Below, piece after piece: positions 9,042 through 17,334 of a stretch of DNA of 24,000 nucleotides (positions within the stretch are counted from its first letter, which is position 1; every line of letters starts with the position of its first letter). The notes below the pieces were generated by a model. It was not told the origin of the DNA, searched no databases, and saw only the letters and a program-made list of their open reading frames with translations. The stretch is from Gammaproteobacteria bacterium (lineage in GTDB: Bacteria > Pseudomonadota > Gammaproteobacteria > Pseudomonadales > Azotimanducaceae). Location of the stretch: the NCBI GenBank assembly GCA_004356895.1, contig SMWK01000250.1, forward strand, positions 17,164 through 41,163. The letters are read 5' to 3'. The position numbers and the translations under genes are program-made.

Positions 9042-12038
9042 ATGCAAGAAACTCATATGCAAAAAACTCCTATCCAAAAAGTCGGGGACAACACGGGTCA
9101 GGTTCAGACCCAACATCAACCGGCTGCAGAATCCTTGCCACCCTCCATCGCCGCAACGGCGCCGGGACAACTCAAAGTCATCAAACGCAATGGTGGAGTC
9201 GTTGCGTATTCAGACGACAAGATTACCGTCGCGATGACCAAAGCGTTTTTGGCAGTGGAAGGAGGTAGTGCCGCAGCGTCGCCGCGTATACGCGAAATGG
9301 TGATAACGCTGGTAGATCAGGTGAGCTCGACGTTCAAGCGGCGCTTTCCGTCCGGCGGAACGATCCACATCGAGGAAATTCAGGATCAGGTCGAACTCGC
9401 TCTCATGCGCTCGGGCGAGCACAAGGTTGCGCGTGATTATGTGTTATATCGCGAGGAACGCGCCAGGGTGCGAGCCGAACGCATCGAGGAAGAAAGCGAC
9501 GATCAGGAGAGCGCCACCTCCAATATTCAAGTCGTATCTCCCAGCGGCGAACGATCCCCGCTCGATATTGAACGCATTCGCACGCTGGTGATGGAAGCCT
9601 GTGTGGACCTTGCCGATGTAGAAGGCGAGCGGATCATCAGCGAATCGATGGCTAACATGTACGACGGCATCTCCGAGGAAGATGTCGCAACCTGTCTGTT
9701 GATCACCGCGCGTACGCTGGTAGAAGAGGAGCCCAGTTACACCTATGCGACGGCGCGGCTCCTGCTCGATGGGTTGCGCGCCCAGGCATTTAGATTCCTT
9801 GACGTAAACACGGCCGGTGGGCACCGCGCGATTCAAGGCGATATGGCAGAGTTGTACCCCGTTGCCTTAACAGCTTTTATCCGCCGCGGGATAGATCTCG
9901 AGTTATTGAACCCCGAACTCGCGAGCTACGATCTCGAACGTCTCGGCAAGGCACTCAACCCAGAGCGCGATCTACAATTCACCTATCTCGGTCTGCAAAC
10001 GCTCTACGATCGCTATTTCATCCACTCAGACGGAGTCCGTTTCGAGTTGCCCCAGGTATTCTTCATGCGTGTGGCCATGGGCCTCGCACATGAAGAAGAC
10101 GACCCGAACGCACGCGCCATCGAGTTTTACAATCTACTTTCCTCGTTCGATTATGTGAGTTCGACACCGACGTTGTTCAACTCCGGTACTTTACGTCCCC
10201 AACTCTCATCGTGTTTCCTGACCACCGTGCCAGATGCGCTCGATGGCATCTACAGCGCCATCCGTGACAACGCCTTGCTTTCCAAGTGGGCCGGTGGGCT
10301 CGGTAACGATTGGACACCCGTGCGTGCACTCGGTGCCTATATCAAAGGCACGAACGGTAAATCCCAGGGTGTGGTGCCGTTCTTGAAAGTCGTAAACGAC
10401 ACAGCCGTCGCTGTGAACCAGGGCGGCAAGCGTAAGGGCGCGGTTTGCTCGTATCTGGAGACCTGGCATCTCGACATCGAGGAGTTTCTGGAACTGCGCA
10501 AGAATACCGGAGACGACCGGCGTCGAACCCACGACATGAATACGGCCAACTGGGTTCCCGATCTTTTTATGAAGCGTGTGAGCGAAGACGGTGAGTGGAC
10601 CCTCTTCTCACCAAACGAGGTAGCAGATCTGCACGATCTCTACGGGCGCGCTTTCGAGAAACGTTATGAAACCTACGAGGAGATGACTCGCAGCGGCGAA
10701 ATTTCTCTTTTCAAACGTCTGCGAGCTCAGGATCTCTGGCGCAAGATGCTCTCGATGCTTTTCGAAACAGGGCATCCCTGGATCACCTTCAAGGACAGCT
10801 GCAACATTCGTTCGCCGCAACAGCACACCGGTGTGGTGCACTCATCCAACCTATGTACCGAGATCACACTCAATACCTCGCATGAGGAAATTGCCGTGTG
10901 CAACTTAGGTTCGATCAATCTCCTGCAACATGTCGAGAACGGCGAACTCAACCTGAAGAAGCTCAAAGCCACCGTGCGTACGGCAGTGCGTATGTTGGAC
11001 AACGTGATCGACATCAACTACTACTCCGTGCCGCAAGCACGTACGTCGAACATGCGTCATCGGCCCATCGGGCTCGGCATCATGGGTTTCCAGGATGCGC
11101 TCTATCAACTACGCATCCCCTACAGCAGCGACGAAGCTGTTACCTTTGCCGACCGTTCCATGGAAGCGTTCAGCTATTACGCGATCGATGCCTCCTGCAA
11201 GCTCGCAAAGGAACGCGGCAGTTATGCGAGCTTCTCCGGCTCCCTGTGGAGCCGTGGCATCCTGCCAATCGATTCGTTGAAGCTCCTCAGTCAGGAGCGA
11301 GGCGAAAAGTATCTGGAAGCCAATTTCGATACAACGCTCAATTGGGACAAGCTGCGCAAGAAGGTTCAGATCAACGGCATGCGCAATTCCAATGTGATGG
11401 CGATCGCCCCAACTGCAACCATCGCAAACATCGCGGGTGTTACCCAGTCCATCGAACCCACGTATCAGAACCTCTATGTGAAATCGAATCTCTCCGGCGA
11501 GTTTACTGTTGTGAATCCCTACATGGTGCACGACCTCAAGCGCCTGGGTCTCTGGGACAAGGTGATGGTGAACGACCTGAAATACTACGATGGCAGCCTA
11601 CGCTCTTTAGATCGAGTGCCTGACGAACTGAAACAGCTCTACGCAACTGCCTTCGAGGTGGAACCGCGCTGGCTGGTGGATGCTGCGAGCCGGCGCCAGA
11701 AGTGGATCGACCAGGCGCAGTCGCTCAATCTTTATATGGCCGGTGCCTCGGGTCGCAAACTCGACGTGACCTACCGTATGGCCTGGTTGCGCGGCTTGAA
11801 GACCACCTACTACCTGCGCGCGCTCAGCGCAACAAGTGCGGAGAAATCGACGCTGGATAAAGGCACGTTGAACGCTGTCTCGATGAATAGCGGCGTTGAG
11901 TCTCCACCGGAACAGGCAGCAGTTGCACATGACGGGATAACGGCACAGCTGATGAACGAAGACATTACCGTAGCCGAACCTGCCGCCGTACCGCTTGCCT
12001 GTTCGATCGACAACCCCGACTGCGAAGCCTGTCAGTAA
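9042..12038 (+). CDS. nrdA: class Ia ribonucleotide reductase large subunit, Pseudomonas-type with N-terminal ATP-cone plus second degenerate cone
   Basis: ATP-cone LKVIKRNGGVVAYSDDKITVAMTKAF. Catalytic motifs SSNLCTEI and CNLGSINL. C-terminal redox-shuttle cysteines CEACQ. GGGAG lies 13 nt upstream of ATG 9042; ATG 9057 is an alternative start. Confidence 0.95.
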   Translation: MQETHMQKTPIQKVGDNTGQVQTQHQPAAESLPPSIAATAPGQLKVIKRNGGVVAYSDDKITVAMTKAFLAVEGGSAAASPRIREMVITLVDQVSSTFKRRFPSGGTIHIEEIQDQVELALMRSGEHKVARDYVLYREERARVRAERIEEESDDQESATSNIQVVSPSGERSPLDIERIRTLVMEACVDLADVEGERIISESMANMYDGISEEDVATCLLITARTLVEEEPSYTYATARLLLDGLRAQAFRFLDVNTAGGHRAIQGDMAELYPVALTAFIRRGIDLELLNPELASYDLERLGKALNPERDLQFTYLGLQTLYDRYFIHSDGVRFELPQVFFMRVAMGLAHEEDDPNARAIEFYNLLSSFDYVSSTPTLFNSGTLRPQLSSCFLTTVPDALDGIYSAIRDNALLSKWAGGLGNDWTPVRALGAYIKGTNGKSQGVVPFLKVVNDTAVAVNQGGKRKGAVCSYLETWHLDIEEFLELRKNTGDDRRRTHDMNTANWVPDLFMKRVSEDGEWTLFSPNEVADLHDLYGRAFEKRYETYEEMTRSGEISLFKRLRAQDLWRKMLSMLFETGHPWITFKDSCNIRSPQQHTGVVHSSNLCTEITLNTSHEEIAVCNLGSINLLQHVENGELNLKKLKATVRTAVRMLDNVIDINYYSVPQARTSNMRHRPIGLGIMGFQDALYQLRIPYSSDEAVTFADRSMEAFSYYAIDASCKLAKERGSYASFSGSLWSRGILPIDSLKLLSQERGEKYLEANFDTTLNWDKLRKKVQINGMRNSNVMAIAPTATIANIAGVTQSIEPTYQNLYVKSNLSGEFTVVNPYMVHDLKRLGLWDKVMVNDLKYYDGSLRSLDRVPDELKQLYATAFEVEPRWLVDAASRRQKWIDQAQSLNLYMAGASGRKLDVTYRMAWLRGLKTTYYLRALSATSAEKSTLDKGTLNAVSMNSGVESPPEQAAVAHDGITAQLMNEDITVAEPAAVPLACSIDNPDCEACQ

Positions 12039-12050
12039 AGGAGATCAGCC

Positions 12051-13379
12051 ATGTTGACCTGGGATAATTACGACGACGAGTTAGCTCAGCACCCTACGCC
12101 GGCCATCGCACCTGTACAGCCAGAAAAGATCGTAGCGGATGCCGGGCAACTCCACCCCGGACGTAGCCCAAGCCCCACAACCTCTGATGCGCTCATGCCA
12201 CCTTCGACGCAACACAAGCAAGCGATCGGCGTCGAAAAATCCGCAGAGATCGTCCTGGAAATACCAACCATGAAGGAGGTTCCAGCTACGTCCCATGAAA
12301 TCCGGGAGACAGCAACCGTCGCCAAGCTCGACACGACACTCGCATCCAGTACCGACGACCACCAGCGAGTAACGGTAGATCAAAAACGCATGATCAACTG
12401 CCGTGCGGATCTCAATCAGCTCGTGCCTTTCAAGTATGACTGGGCCTGGCAGAAATACCTCGACGGTTGCGCCAACCACTGGATGCCCCAAGAGATCAAT
12501 ATGACGGCGGATATCGCCCTGTGGAAATCCGAAGACGGCTTGACTCAGGACGAACGTACCGTCGTGAAGCGCAGCCTCGGGTTTTTCTCAACAGCCGACT
12601 CGCTTGTGGCAAACAATCTGGTGCTCGCCATCTACCGGCTAATCACCAACCCGGAATGCCGTCAGTACCTGTTACGTCAGGCATTCGAGGAAGCCATTCA
12701 CACCCACGCATATCAGTACTGCATCGAATCCCTCGGTATGGACGAAGGCGAGATTTTCAACATGTACCACGAGGTGCCGGTGGTAGCGAACAAGGCTTCC
12801 TGGGCACTGAAGTACACGCAGGAAATATCGGATCCCATGTTCAATACCGGTACGCCGGAAAAAGATAAAGCCCTGTTAAGAAACCTGATTGCCTATTACT
12901 GCGTGGTGGAAGGAATTTTCTTCTACTGTGGCTTCACCCAGATACTCTCCATGGGGCGGCTAAACAAAATGACGGGTACGTCGGAACAGTTCCAGTACAT
13001 CCTGCGTGACGAATCGATGCACGTGAACTTCGGTATCGACGTGATCAACCAGATCAAATTGGAGAACCCACTCCTGTGGGATGAGGAGATGCAGGACCTT
13101 ACTCGACAAATGATCCTTGAAGGTACCCAGCTCGAAATAGAATATGCCAAGGACACTATGCCCCGGGGCATCCTCGGCATGAACGCCAACATGATGGCTG
13201 AATATCTGCAGTTCATCGCGAACCGACGCCTGGCACAGATCGGTTTACTCGAGCAGTTCCCGGGAGTTAAAAACCCCTTCCCGTGGATGTCGGAGATCAT
13301 GGATCTCAAAAAGGAGAAAAATTTCTTCGAGACTCGGGTGACCGAATATCAGACTGGTGGTGCGCTCAGCTGGGACTAA
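12051..13379 (+). CDS. nrdB: class Ia ribonucleotide reductase small subunit
   Basis: Strong SD AAGGAG 7 nt before the ATG, 12 nt after the nrdA stop. Di-iron ExxH motifs [10 protein letters not shown] and [10 protein letters not shown], plus EGIFFYCGF. The [11 protein letters not shown]-terminus and a ~100-aa low-complexity leader resemble Pseudomonas NrdB. Confidence 0.93.
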   Translation: MLTWDNYDDELAQHPTPAIAPVQPEKIVADAGQLHPGRSPSPTTSDALMPPSTQHKQAIGVEKSAEIVLEIPTMKEVPATSHEIRETATVAKLDTTLASSTDDHQRVTVDQKRMINCRADLNQLVPFKYDWAWQKYLDGCANHWMPQEINMTADIALWKSEDGLTQDERTVVKRSLGFFSTADSLVANNLVLAIYRLITNPECRQYLLRQAFEEAIHTHAYQYCIESLGMDEGEIFNMYHEVPVVANKASWALKYTQEISDPMFNTGTPEKDKALLRNLIAYYCVVEGIFFYCGFTQILSMGRLNKMTGTSEQFQYILRDESMHVNFGIDVINQIKLENPLLWDEEMQDLTRQMILEGTQLEIEYAKDTMPRGILGMNANMMAEYLQFIANRRLAQIGLLEQFPGVKNPFPWMSEIMDLKKEKNFFETRVTEYQTGGALSWD

Positions 13380-13382
13380 TCG

Positions 13383-13601
13383 CCTTTTCATCATGATTCG
13401 GTCAACCCGATCGGTTCCCCAGAGTTCCTGTTTTCGATTGATTCATCTATCGTCAGAGACCTCAATAAGGGCAGATTCTTTGACGTATCAGCAGACGGGG
13501 AGCGATAGCTGATGGTCGAGACGACAATCAAGCCCCAGCGAAATCTGACGGTGGTACTCAATTGGCTCGACGAGGTCGAGCTTAAAGTTCCGACGGAGTA
13601 G
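13383..13601 (+). pseudogene. relic: last ~72 codons of a TolB-like/PD40 beta-propeller protein, with an internal TAG
   Basis: Translation is ...GSPEFLFSIDSSIVRDLNKGRFFDVSADGER*LMVETTIKPQRNLTVVLNWLDEVELKVPTE*. It follows the C-terminal pattern G.P..LF ... YDVSPDGQRFLM ... ITVVLNWFEELK..VP typical of that family. The in-frame TAG at 13506-13508 falls where F/Y is expected. No 5' part exists, because the fragment begins right after the nrdB stop. Confidence 0.45.
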
Positions 13602-13888
13602 CTCTGGATGGCGAAGTCGCCTTGTGGTCGTTTTCGAACTTGAAAGCCCTGAATTTTGTGTCCGCTTTCACCACAGATGTTGGCGAATGGGATGCTCCGT
13701 TGGGAATGATTCTCAGTCAAAAAAACAATTCGCGGAATCGCGTCTTTTTAGGGATAGCTCACAAGACATAGCGGAATACGGGAGGATTTGTTTTGAGGCA
13801 CTTGCCACAATTGCTGACCAATACAACTTCCCACTCGACTTCCATCCGCCGAAGTTGGAGTGGGATTAATTGTGTCACCAGCACAGTT

Positions 13889-13925
13889 AAATTGACCCAC
13901 TAGCAGCAACATAAAATTGACCCAC
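13889..13925 (+). repeat. 12-bp direct repeat AAATTGACCCAC x2, 25 bp apart
   Basis: Exact copies at 13889-13900 and 13914-13925 in otherwise non-coding DNA. Confidence 0.6.
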
Positions 13926-13978
13926 CTGTAGAGTATGCGCTTCGGTATAGATGAGGCGAGGTCTGAAACGAGTACGAA

Positions 13979-14227
13979 TCAGTGTTTGGGGTGCCACCGC
14001 TGGGACGCTGGGTCGAATGCGTACGGATCGTTTCGCGGAAAAAACGGCTTCTTGTGATGATCTCTGAGCGCGATGAAGCGACCTAATTCCTGCTCGGCAA
14101 TCTCACGGTATGTAAAAGGACCGCACGCGCCTTCACGGGTTTGAAAAAACCATTGGTCGTTCTGTCGGAAGAAGCGATCACGCGAGCGAACGTATGTGAC
14201 TGTCTTCTTTTTATCTGATTTGCGCAT
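13979..14227 (-). CDS. small conserved hypothetical protein (R.RFF..W.F.TREG..GPF signature)
   Basis: The track ORF starts at TTG 14245, but ATG 14227 (MRKSDKKK...) is more plausible. RDRFFRQNDQWFFQTREGACGPFTYREIAEQEL resembles a small gammaproteobacterial hypothetical family that I recall only as a DUF. No clear SD. Confidence 0.5.
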   Translation of the reverse strand: MRKSDKKKTVTYVRSRDRFFRQNDQWFFQTREGACGPFTYREIAEQELGRFIALRDHHKKPFFPRNDPYAFDPASQRWHPKH

Positions 14228-14313
14228 AGTGAAGATTGTGCACAAATCAGCAGGTCATTGGTTAAGGTGGTTTTGTAAACGCTGACAGGCGGTCAGAAAA
14301 AGTTGATGAACGG

Positions 14314-14457
14314 TCAGAATTGGGTCTCACAACAAAACAGCCCATCTCTCGGTATCTTGCGCCCCACGTTCAGTACCTTACCCTGACCATCTTCCAGCAC
14401 CGACACCAGTGCCCCGTCACAGGTGAGCCCAAAAGTAGCGAGGCAGACATGAGCAGA
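14314..14457 (-). pseudogene. possible relic of an HNH endonuclease (DUF222-type) internal segment
   Basis: The minus-strand frame gives ...LTCDGALVSVLEDGQGKVLNVGRKIPRDGLFCCETQF*. The 22-aa core fits the C-D-[AG]-x(3)-V-x(3)-D-x(2)-G-x(2)-L-[DN]-V-G-R-K pattern that precedes the HNH motif in that family. It is bounded by stops, has no start and no HNH motif follows. Confidence 0.3.
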
Positions 14458-14508
14458 TTAATCAAATACTCTTCTGAATCCGGTCATTGTTGAGGAGTAT
14501 GGAATGAA

Positions 14509-14592
14509 ATGACAAAGAAGCCCAACATATGGATTCAACTACTGGAACCTGGCCGTGTGTGGCGGCATGACCGTAGAATTCGTTTCCTATGA
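14509..14592 (+). CDS. candidate 27-codon upstream ORF whose stop overlaps the acylase start (ATGA)
   Basis: ATG 14509 is preceded by GGAG (14494-14497). Translation is MTKKPNIWIQLLEPGRVWRHDRRIRFL. TGA at 14590-14592 overlaps the acylase ATG at 14589-14591, and the acylase has no SD of its own. Confidence 0.2.
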   Translation: MTKKPNIWIQLLEPGRVWRHDRRIRFL

Positions 14593-16940
14593 AGTTTAGG
14601 CGCAACGTGCACTTAGTTTGCTGGGCACAGGTTGTAGGTCTCGCGCTCAGTTTTTATGCGACTGCCGAGGATCTGAGCTACACGGTCAAAGGCTTAACGC
14701 GCCCCGCCGAGATTATCGTAGACACCTGGGGTGTCCCGCACATTTACGCCCAAACGCACTACGATGCGTTTTTTGTACAAGGCTTCAATGCGGCACGAGA
14801 CCGCTTGTGGCAAATTGACCTATGGCGCCTCAGAGGTCTCGGAGAACTCTCGGCGGTACTCGGCGCCCGTTACCTCGAGCAGGACCGGGCCGCCCGGTTG
14901 TTCCTCTACCGGGGCGATATGTACCGTGAATGGCTCGCTTATGGCAGCGACGCAAAACGTATCGCCGAAGCCTTCACCGCCGGTATCAACGCTTATGTAA
15001 ACACGCTTTCCCAACATCCAGAACTCATACCCCCTGAATTCGAATTGTTAGATTACGCACCGGCAATCTGGTCACCAGAAGACGTCGTGCGCATTCGCAG
15101 TAACGGTCTCTGGCGTAACGTTGTGAGCGAAGTGCGCAGGGCGCGAATTGCCTGCAAACTCGGCCTCGACGCAGCTTCGCTGTGGAAAGTACTCGAGCCT
15201 CAATGGGATACAAAAATACCCGCAGGGTTGGACCCATGCGACATACCAGAGGGTGTACTGGATCTCTATCTACTCGCTAAAACACCCGTTCGCTTCGACG
15301 AACCAGTCCCTGATCTGACCCAGGCCTGGGCCGATGAACTCAGCGCAGACCTCGGCAGTAACAACTGGGTAGTGGCAGGAAACCGCACCGCCACGGGTCG
15401 CCCCATCCTTGCGAATGACCCTCATCGGGGTCACGCCGTTCCGTCGCTTCGCTACATCGCCCACCTGGTTGCACCCGGGCTCAATGTAATTGGCGCCGGT
15501 GAACCAGCGCTGCCCGGGATTTCAATCGGTCACAACGAACGGATAGCTTTCGGGCTCACAATCTTCCCCATCGACCAGGAAGACCTCTACGTCTACGAGC
15601 GTGTTGAAAATGGTTATCTCTACCAGGGTAGAGTAGAGCTTCTCAAGACGTTAACAGAAAGCATCGCTAGCAAAGATGCGCCCGACGAACTCGTGACGCT
15701 CGAGTTCACCCGCCATGGTCCGGTTGTGTTCAAAACCGAAAACCAGATTTTTGCAGTGCGCGCTGCCTGGCTCACTCCGGGTATGGCACCTTATTTTGGC
15801 AGTGTGGAATACATGCGAGCGCAAAACTGGCGCGAGTTTGTAGCGTCGCTCAACCGTTGGGGCGCTCCTTCGGAAAATCAGGTATACGCAGATGTGGATG
15901 GCAACATCGGATACAAACCCGCAGGGCTATTTCCGCGCCGTGACAACTGGGACGGTCTGTTGCCGGTGCCTGGCGATGGTCGCTACGAATGGAACGGCTA
16001 CTTCGATATGGATGTGCTCCCCGAAGAGTACAACCCGGAGCGGGGATTCACCGGCACAGCAAATGCAATGAGTCTGCCTGACGATTACCCAATCGCGACA
16101 CACCGGGTAGGCTTCGAATGGTCAGCACCCTGGCGCTACAAGCGGCTCAAGGAAGTGCTGCGAAGCCAATCAGCGCACACGCTCAAAAATTCCTTGTCAT
16201 TACAACGCGACTATCACTCCATGTTGGCGCGAAAAATCATCGTACGGCTGCCGTCGCCGGAGAACCTGACGGTTAATGCACAAACTGCTGTCGCTATGTT
16301 GAGTAACTGGGATGGAAACCTCTCGGTGGATTCGCCCAACGCGGCACTCTATGCAGTGTGGTTCTACCGCCACCTCCAGCCGGAACTTGCGAAAGCAATC
16401 GCGCCGCTCGCACCGGACCTGCTGAAACCTCTAGACACTCAAGCCGTTCTGGAAGCTTTGCGTTTTCCGCTTGGTCAGGGAGTGGCCAGCGCAACCCTTG
16501 GCCCAGCCTTCGTTGAAACCCAACAATTGCTCGGAGAGGATCCATCCGCCTGGCGCTGGGGAGACCTGCACCAGATCCAATTCGTACATCCCTTGCAGCA
16601 TCGGGCGACAGACGAGTTGGCGAACGCGATGATCTATCCGGCTTACCCTCGTGGGGGAAGCGGCAATACCACCAACAGCACGAGCTTTCGGGCGGATGAT
16701 TTTCTCGTCCGCTCAGGCGCGTCTTTCCGCATGGTTCTCGACGTTGGCAATTGGGACGCCGCAAAAATGACCAACGCACCCGGGCAATCTGGAGACCCAC
16801 GGTCCTATTTTTATGACAACTTGTTGGAAGGCTGGGCCACCGAAGCCAGCTTTCCGTTGGTCTATTCCCGTAAGGCGGTACTCGATAACAAAGTGTTGAG
16901 CATCAAGCTCGAACCTCTGGACGACAAGAGCAGCGATTAG
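14589..16940 (+). CDS. secreted Ntn-hydrolase of the penicillin acylase / acyl-homoserine-lactone acylase family (S45)
   Basis: Signal peptide MKFRRNVHLVCWAQVVGLALSFYATA. DTWGVPHIYA and FVQGFNAARDRLWQID in the alpha subunit. Autoprocessing site G-SNNW (Ser codon 15357-15359), followed by ANDPHR. An in-frame TAG at 14574-14576 rules out a longer N-terminus. Confidence 0.9.
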   Translation: MKFRRNVHLVCWAQVVGLALSFYATAEDLSYTVKGLTRPAEIIVDTWGVPHIYAQTHYDAFFVQGFNAARDRLWQIDLWRLRGLGELSAVLGARYLEQDRAARLFLYRGDMYREWLAYGSDAKRIAEAFTAGINAYVNTLSQHPELIPPEFELLDYAPAIWSPEDVVRIRSNGLWRNVVSEVRRARIACKLGLDAASLWKVLEPQWDTKIPAGLDPCDIPEGVLDLYLLAKTPVRFDEPVPDLTQAWADELSADLGSNNWVVAGNRTATGRPILANDPHRGHAVPSLRYIAHLVAPGLNVIGAGEPALPGISIGHNERIAFGLTIFPIDQEDLYVYERVENGYLYQGRVELLKTLTESIASKDAPDELVTLEFTRHGPVVFKTENQIFAVRAAWLTPGMAPYFGSVEYMRAQNWREFVASLNRWGAPSENQVYADVDGNIGYKPAGLFPRRDNWDGLLPVPGDGRYEWNGYFDMDVLPEEYNPERGFTGTANAMSLPDDYPIATHRVGFEWSAPWRYKRLKEVLRSQSAHTLKNSLSLQRDYHSMLARKIIVRLPSPENLTVNAQTAVAMLSNWDGNLSVDSPNAALYAVWFYRHLQPELAKAIAPLAPDLLKPLDTQAVLEALRFPLGQGVASATLGPAFVETQQLLGEDPSAWRWGDLHQIQFVHPLQHRATDELANAMIYPAYPRGGSGNTTNSTSFRADDFLVRSGASFRMVLDVGNWDAAKMTNAPGQSGDPRSYFYDNLLEGWATEASFPLVYSRKAVLDNKVLSIKLEPLDDKSSD

Positions 16941-16967
16941 CTTTCAACTAACAGGCGCACCACCATT

Positions 16968-17300
16968 TTGGCCCAACCATTCCTGGAAAACCTCAAGGTT
17001 CTCGCTAGCCAGCATCTAACGGAGCAATCCGATATCGAATGCAAACATTTCTTTAGTGGTGCGGCCCTCTATGCAAACGGTCTGATATGCGCTTCTCTCA
17101 CACCTGTTGGGCTGGCGTTCAAACTTCCCGATGACCTTTGTTCTGAGTTAATCGAGTCAGGCGCAGCTTCTCCCCTGAGATATTTCGCCAAATCTCCCGT
17201 CAAAAAGGGTTATGTGCTTTTTCCTGACTTCGACGATCTCGACGGCAGTTCTCTCACGGGATACTTCCGCGAAGCCGTTTCCGGAACAGTCGGCGACTGA
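16968..17300 (+). CDS. TfoX N-terminal domain protein
   Basis: KHFFSGAALYANGLICASLTPVGLAFKLP fits the TfoX_N pattern (MFGG.GLY.dG..FA....d.LyLK). The start is uncertain: TTG 16968 has no SD and there is no in-frame ATG near the 5' end. Confidence 0.6.
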   Translation: MAQPFLENLKVLASQHLTEQSDIECKHFFSGAALYANGLICASLTPVGLAFKLPDDLCSELIESGAASPLRYFAKSPVKKGYVLFPDFDDLDGSSLTGYFREAVSGTVGD

Positions 17301-17313
17301 CCGGGCGGAGTAT

Positions 17314-17329
17314 GGGTCCAGATGGACCC
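17314..17329. terminator. hairpin GGGTCCA-ga-TGGACCC between convergent TfoX and kinase genes
   Basis: Perfect 7-bp inverted repeat in the 34-bp convergent gap. No flanking T/A runs. Confidence 0.3.
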
Positions 17330-17334
17330 CGACG

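Noticed and set aside
12051-12380. The ~100-aa low-complexity N-terminal leader of NrdB as a possible mis-called start.
   Set aside because: ATG 12051 has the best SD in the window (AAGGAG). The [10 protein letters not shown] opening matches the MLSWDEF-type N-terminus I recall for Pseudomonas-type NrdB, which carries a similar leader, so I kept the long form.
13391-13720. 109-aa minus-strand ORF downstream of nrdB.
   Set aside because: It has no recognisable motifs. It is antisense to a plus-strand frame that gives a convincing propeller-protein C-terminal relic, so it is most likely a chance ORF.
13624-13869. 81-aa plus-strand ORF (GTG start; internal MGCSVGND...FEALATIADQYNFPLDFHPPKLEWD).
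   Set aside because: It has no SD and no family resemblance that I can name, and it lies in the decayed AT-richer patch. I cannot support it as a gene, although a blastp check would be cheap.
14290-14319. CGGTCAGAA repeated twice, 21 bp apart (14290-14298 and 14311-14319), between the small ORF and the acylase.
   Set aside because: It is only 9 bp, and the second copy overlaps the end of the HNH-like relic. This is within chance expectation for a 24-kb window without further support.
16938-16970. The TfoX ORF is in the same frame as the acylase, separated by a single TAG, which hints at read-through fusion.
   Set aside because: A one-in-three frame coincidence. There is no recoding signal, and the two proteins belong to different compartments (secreted versus cytoplasmic).
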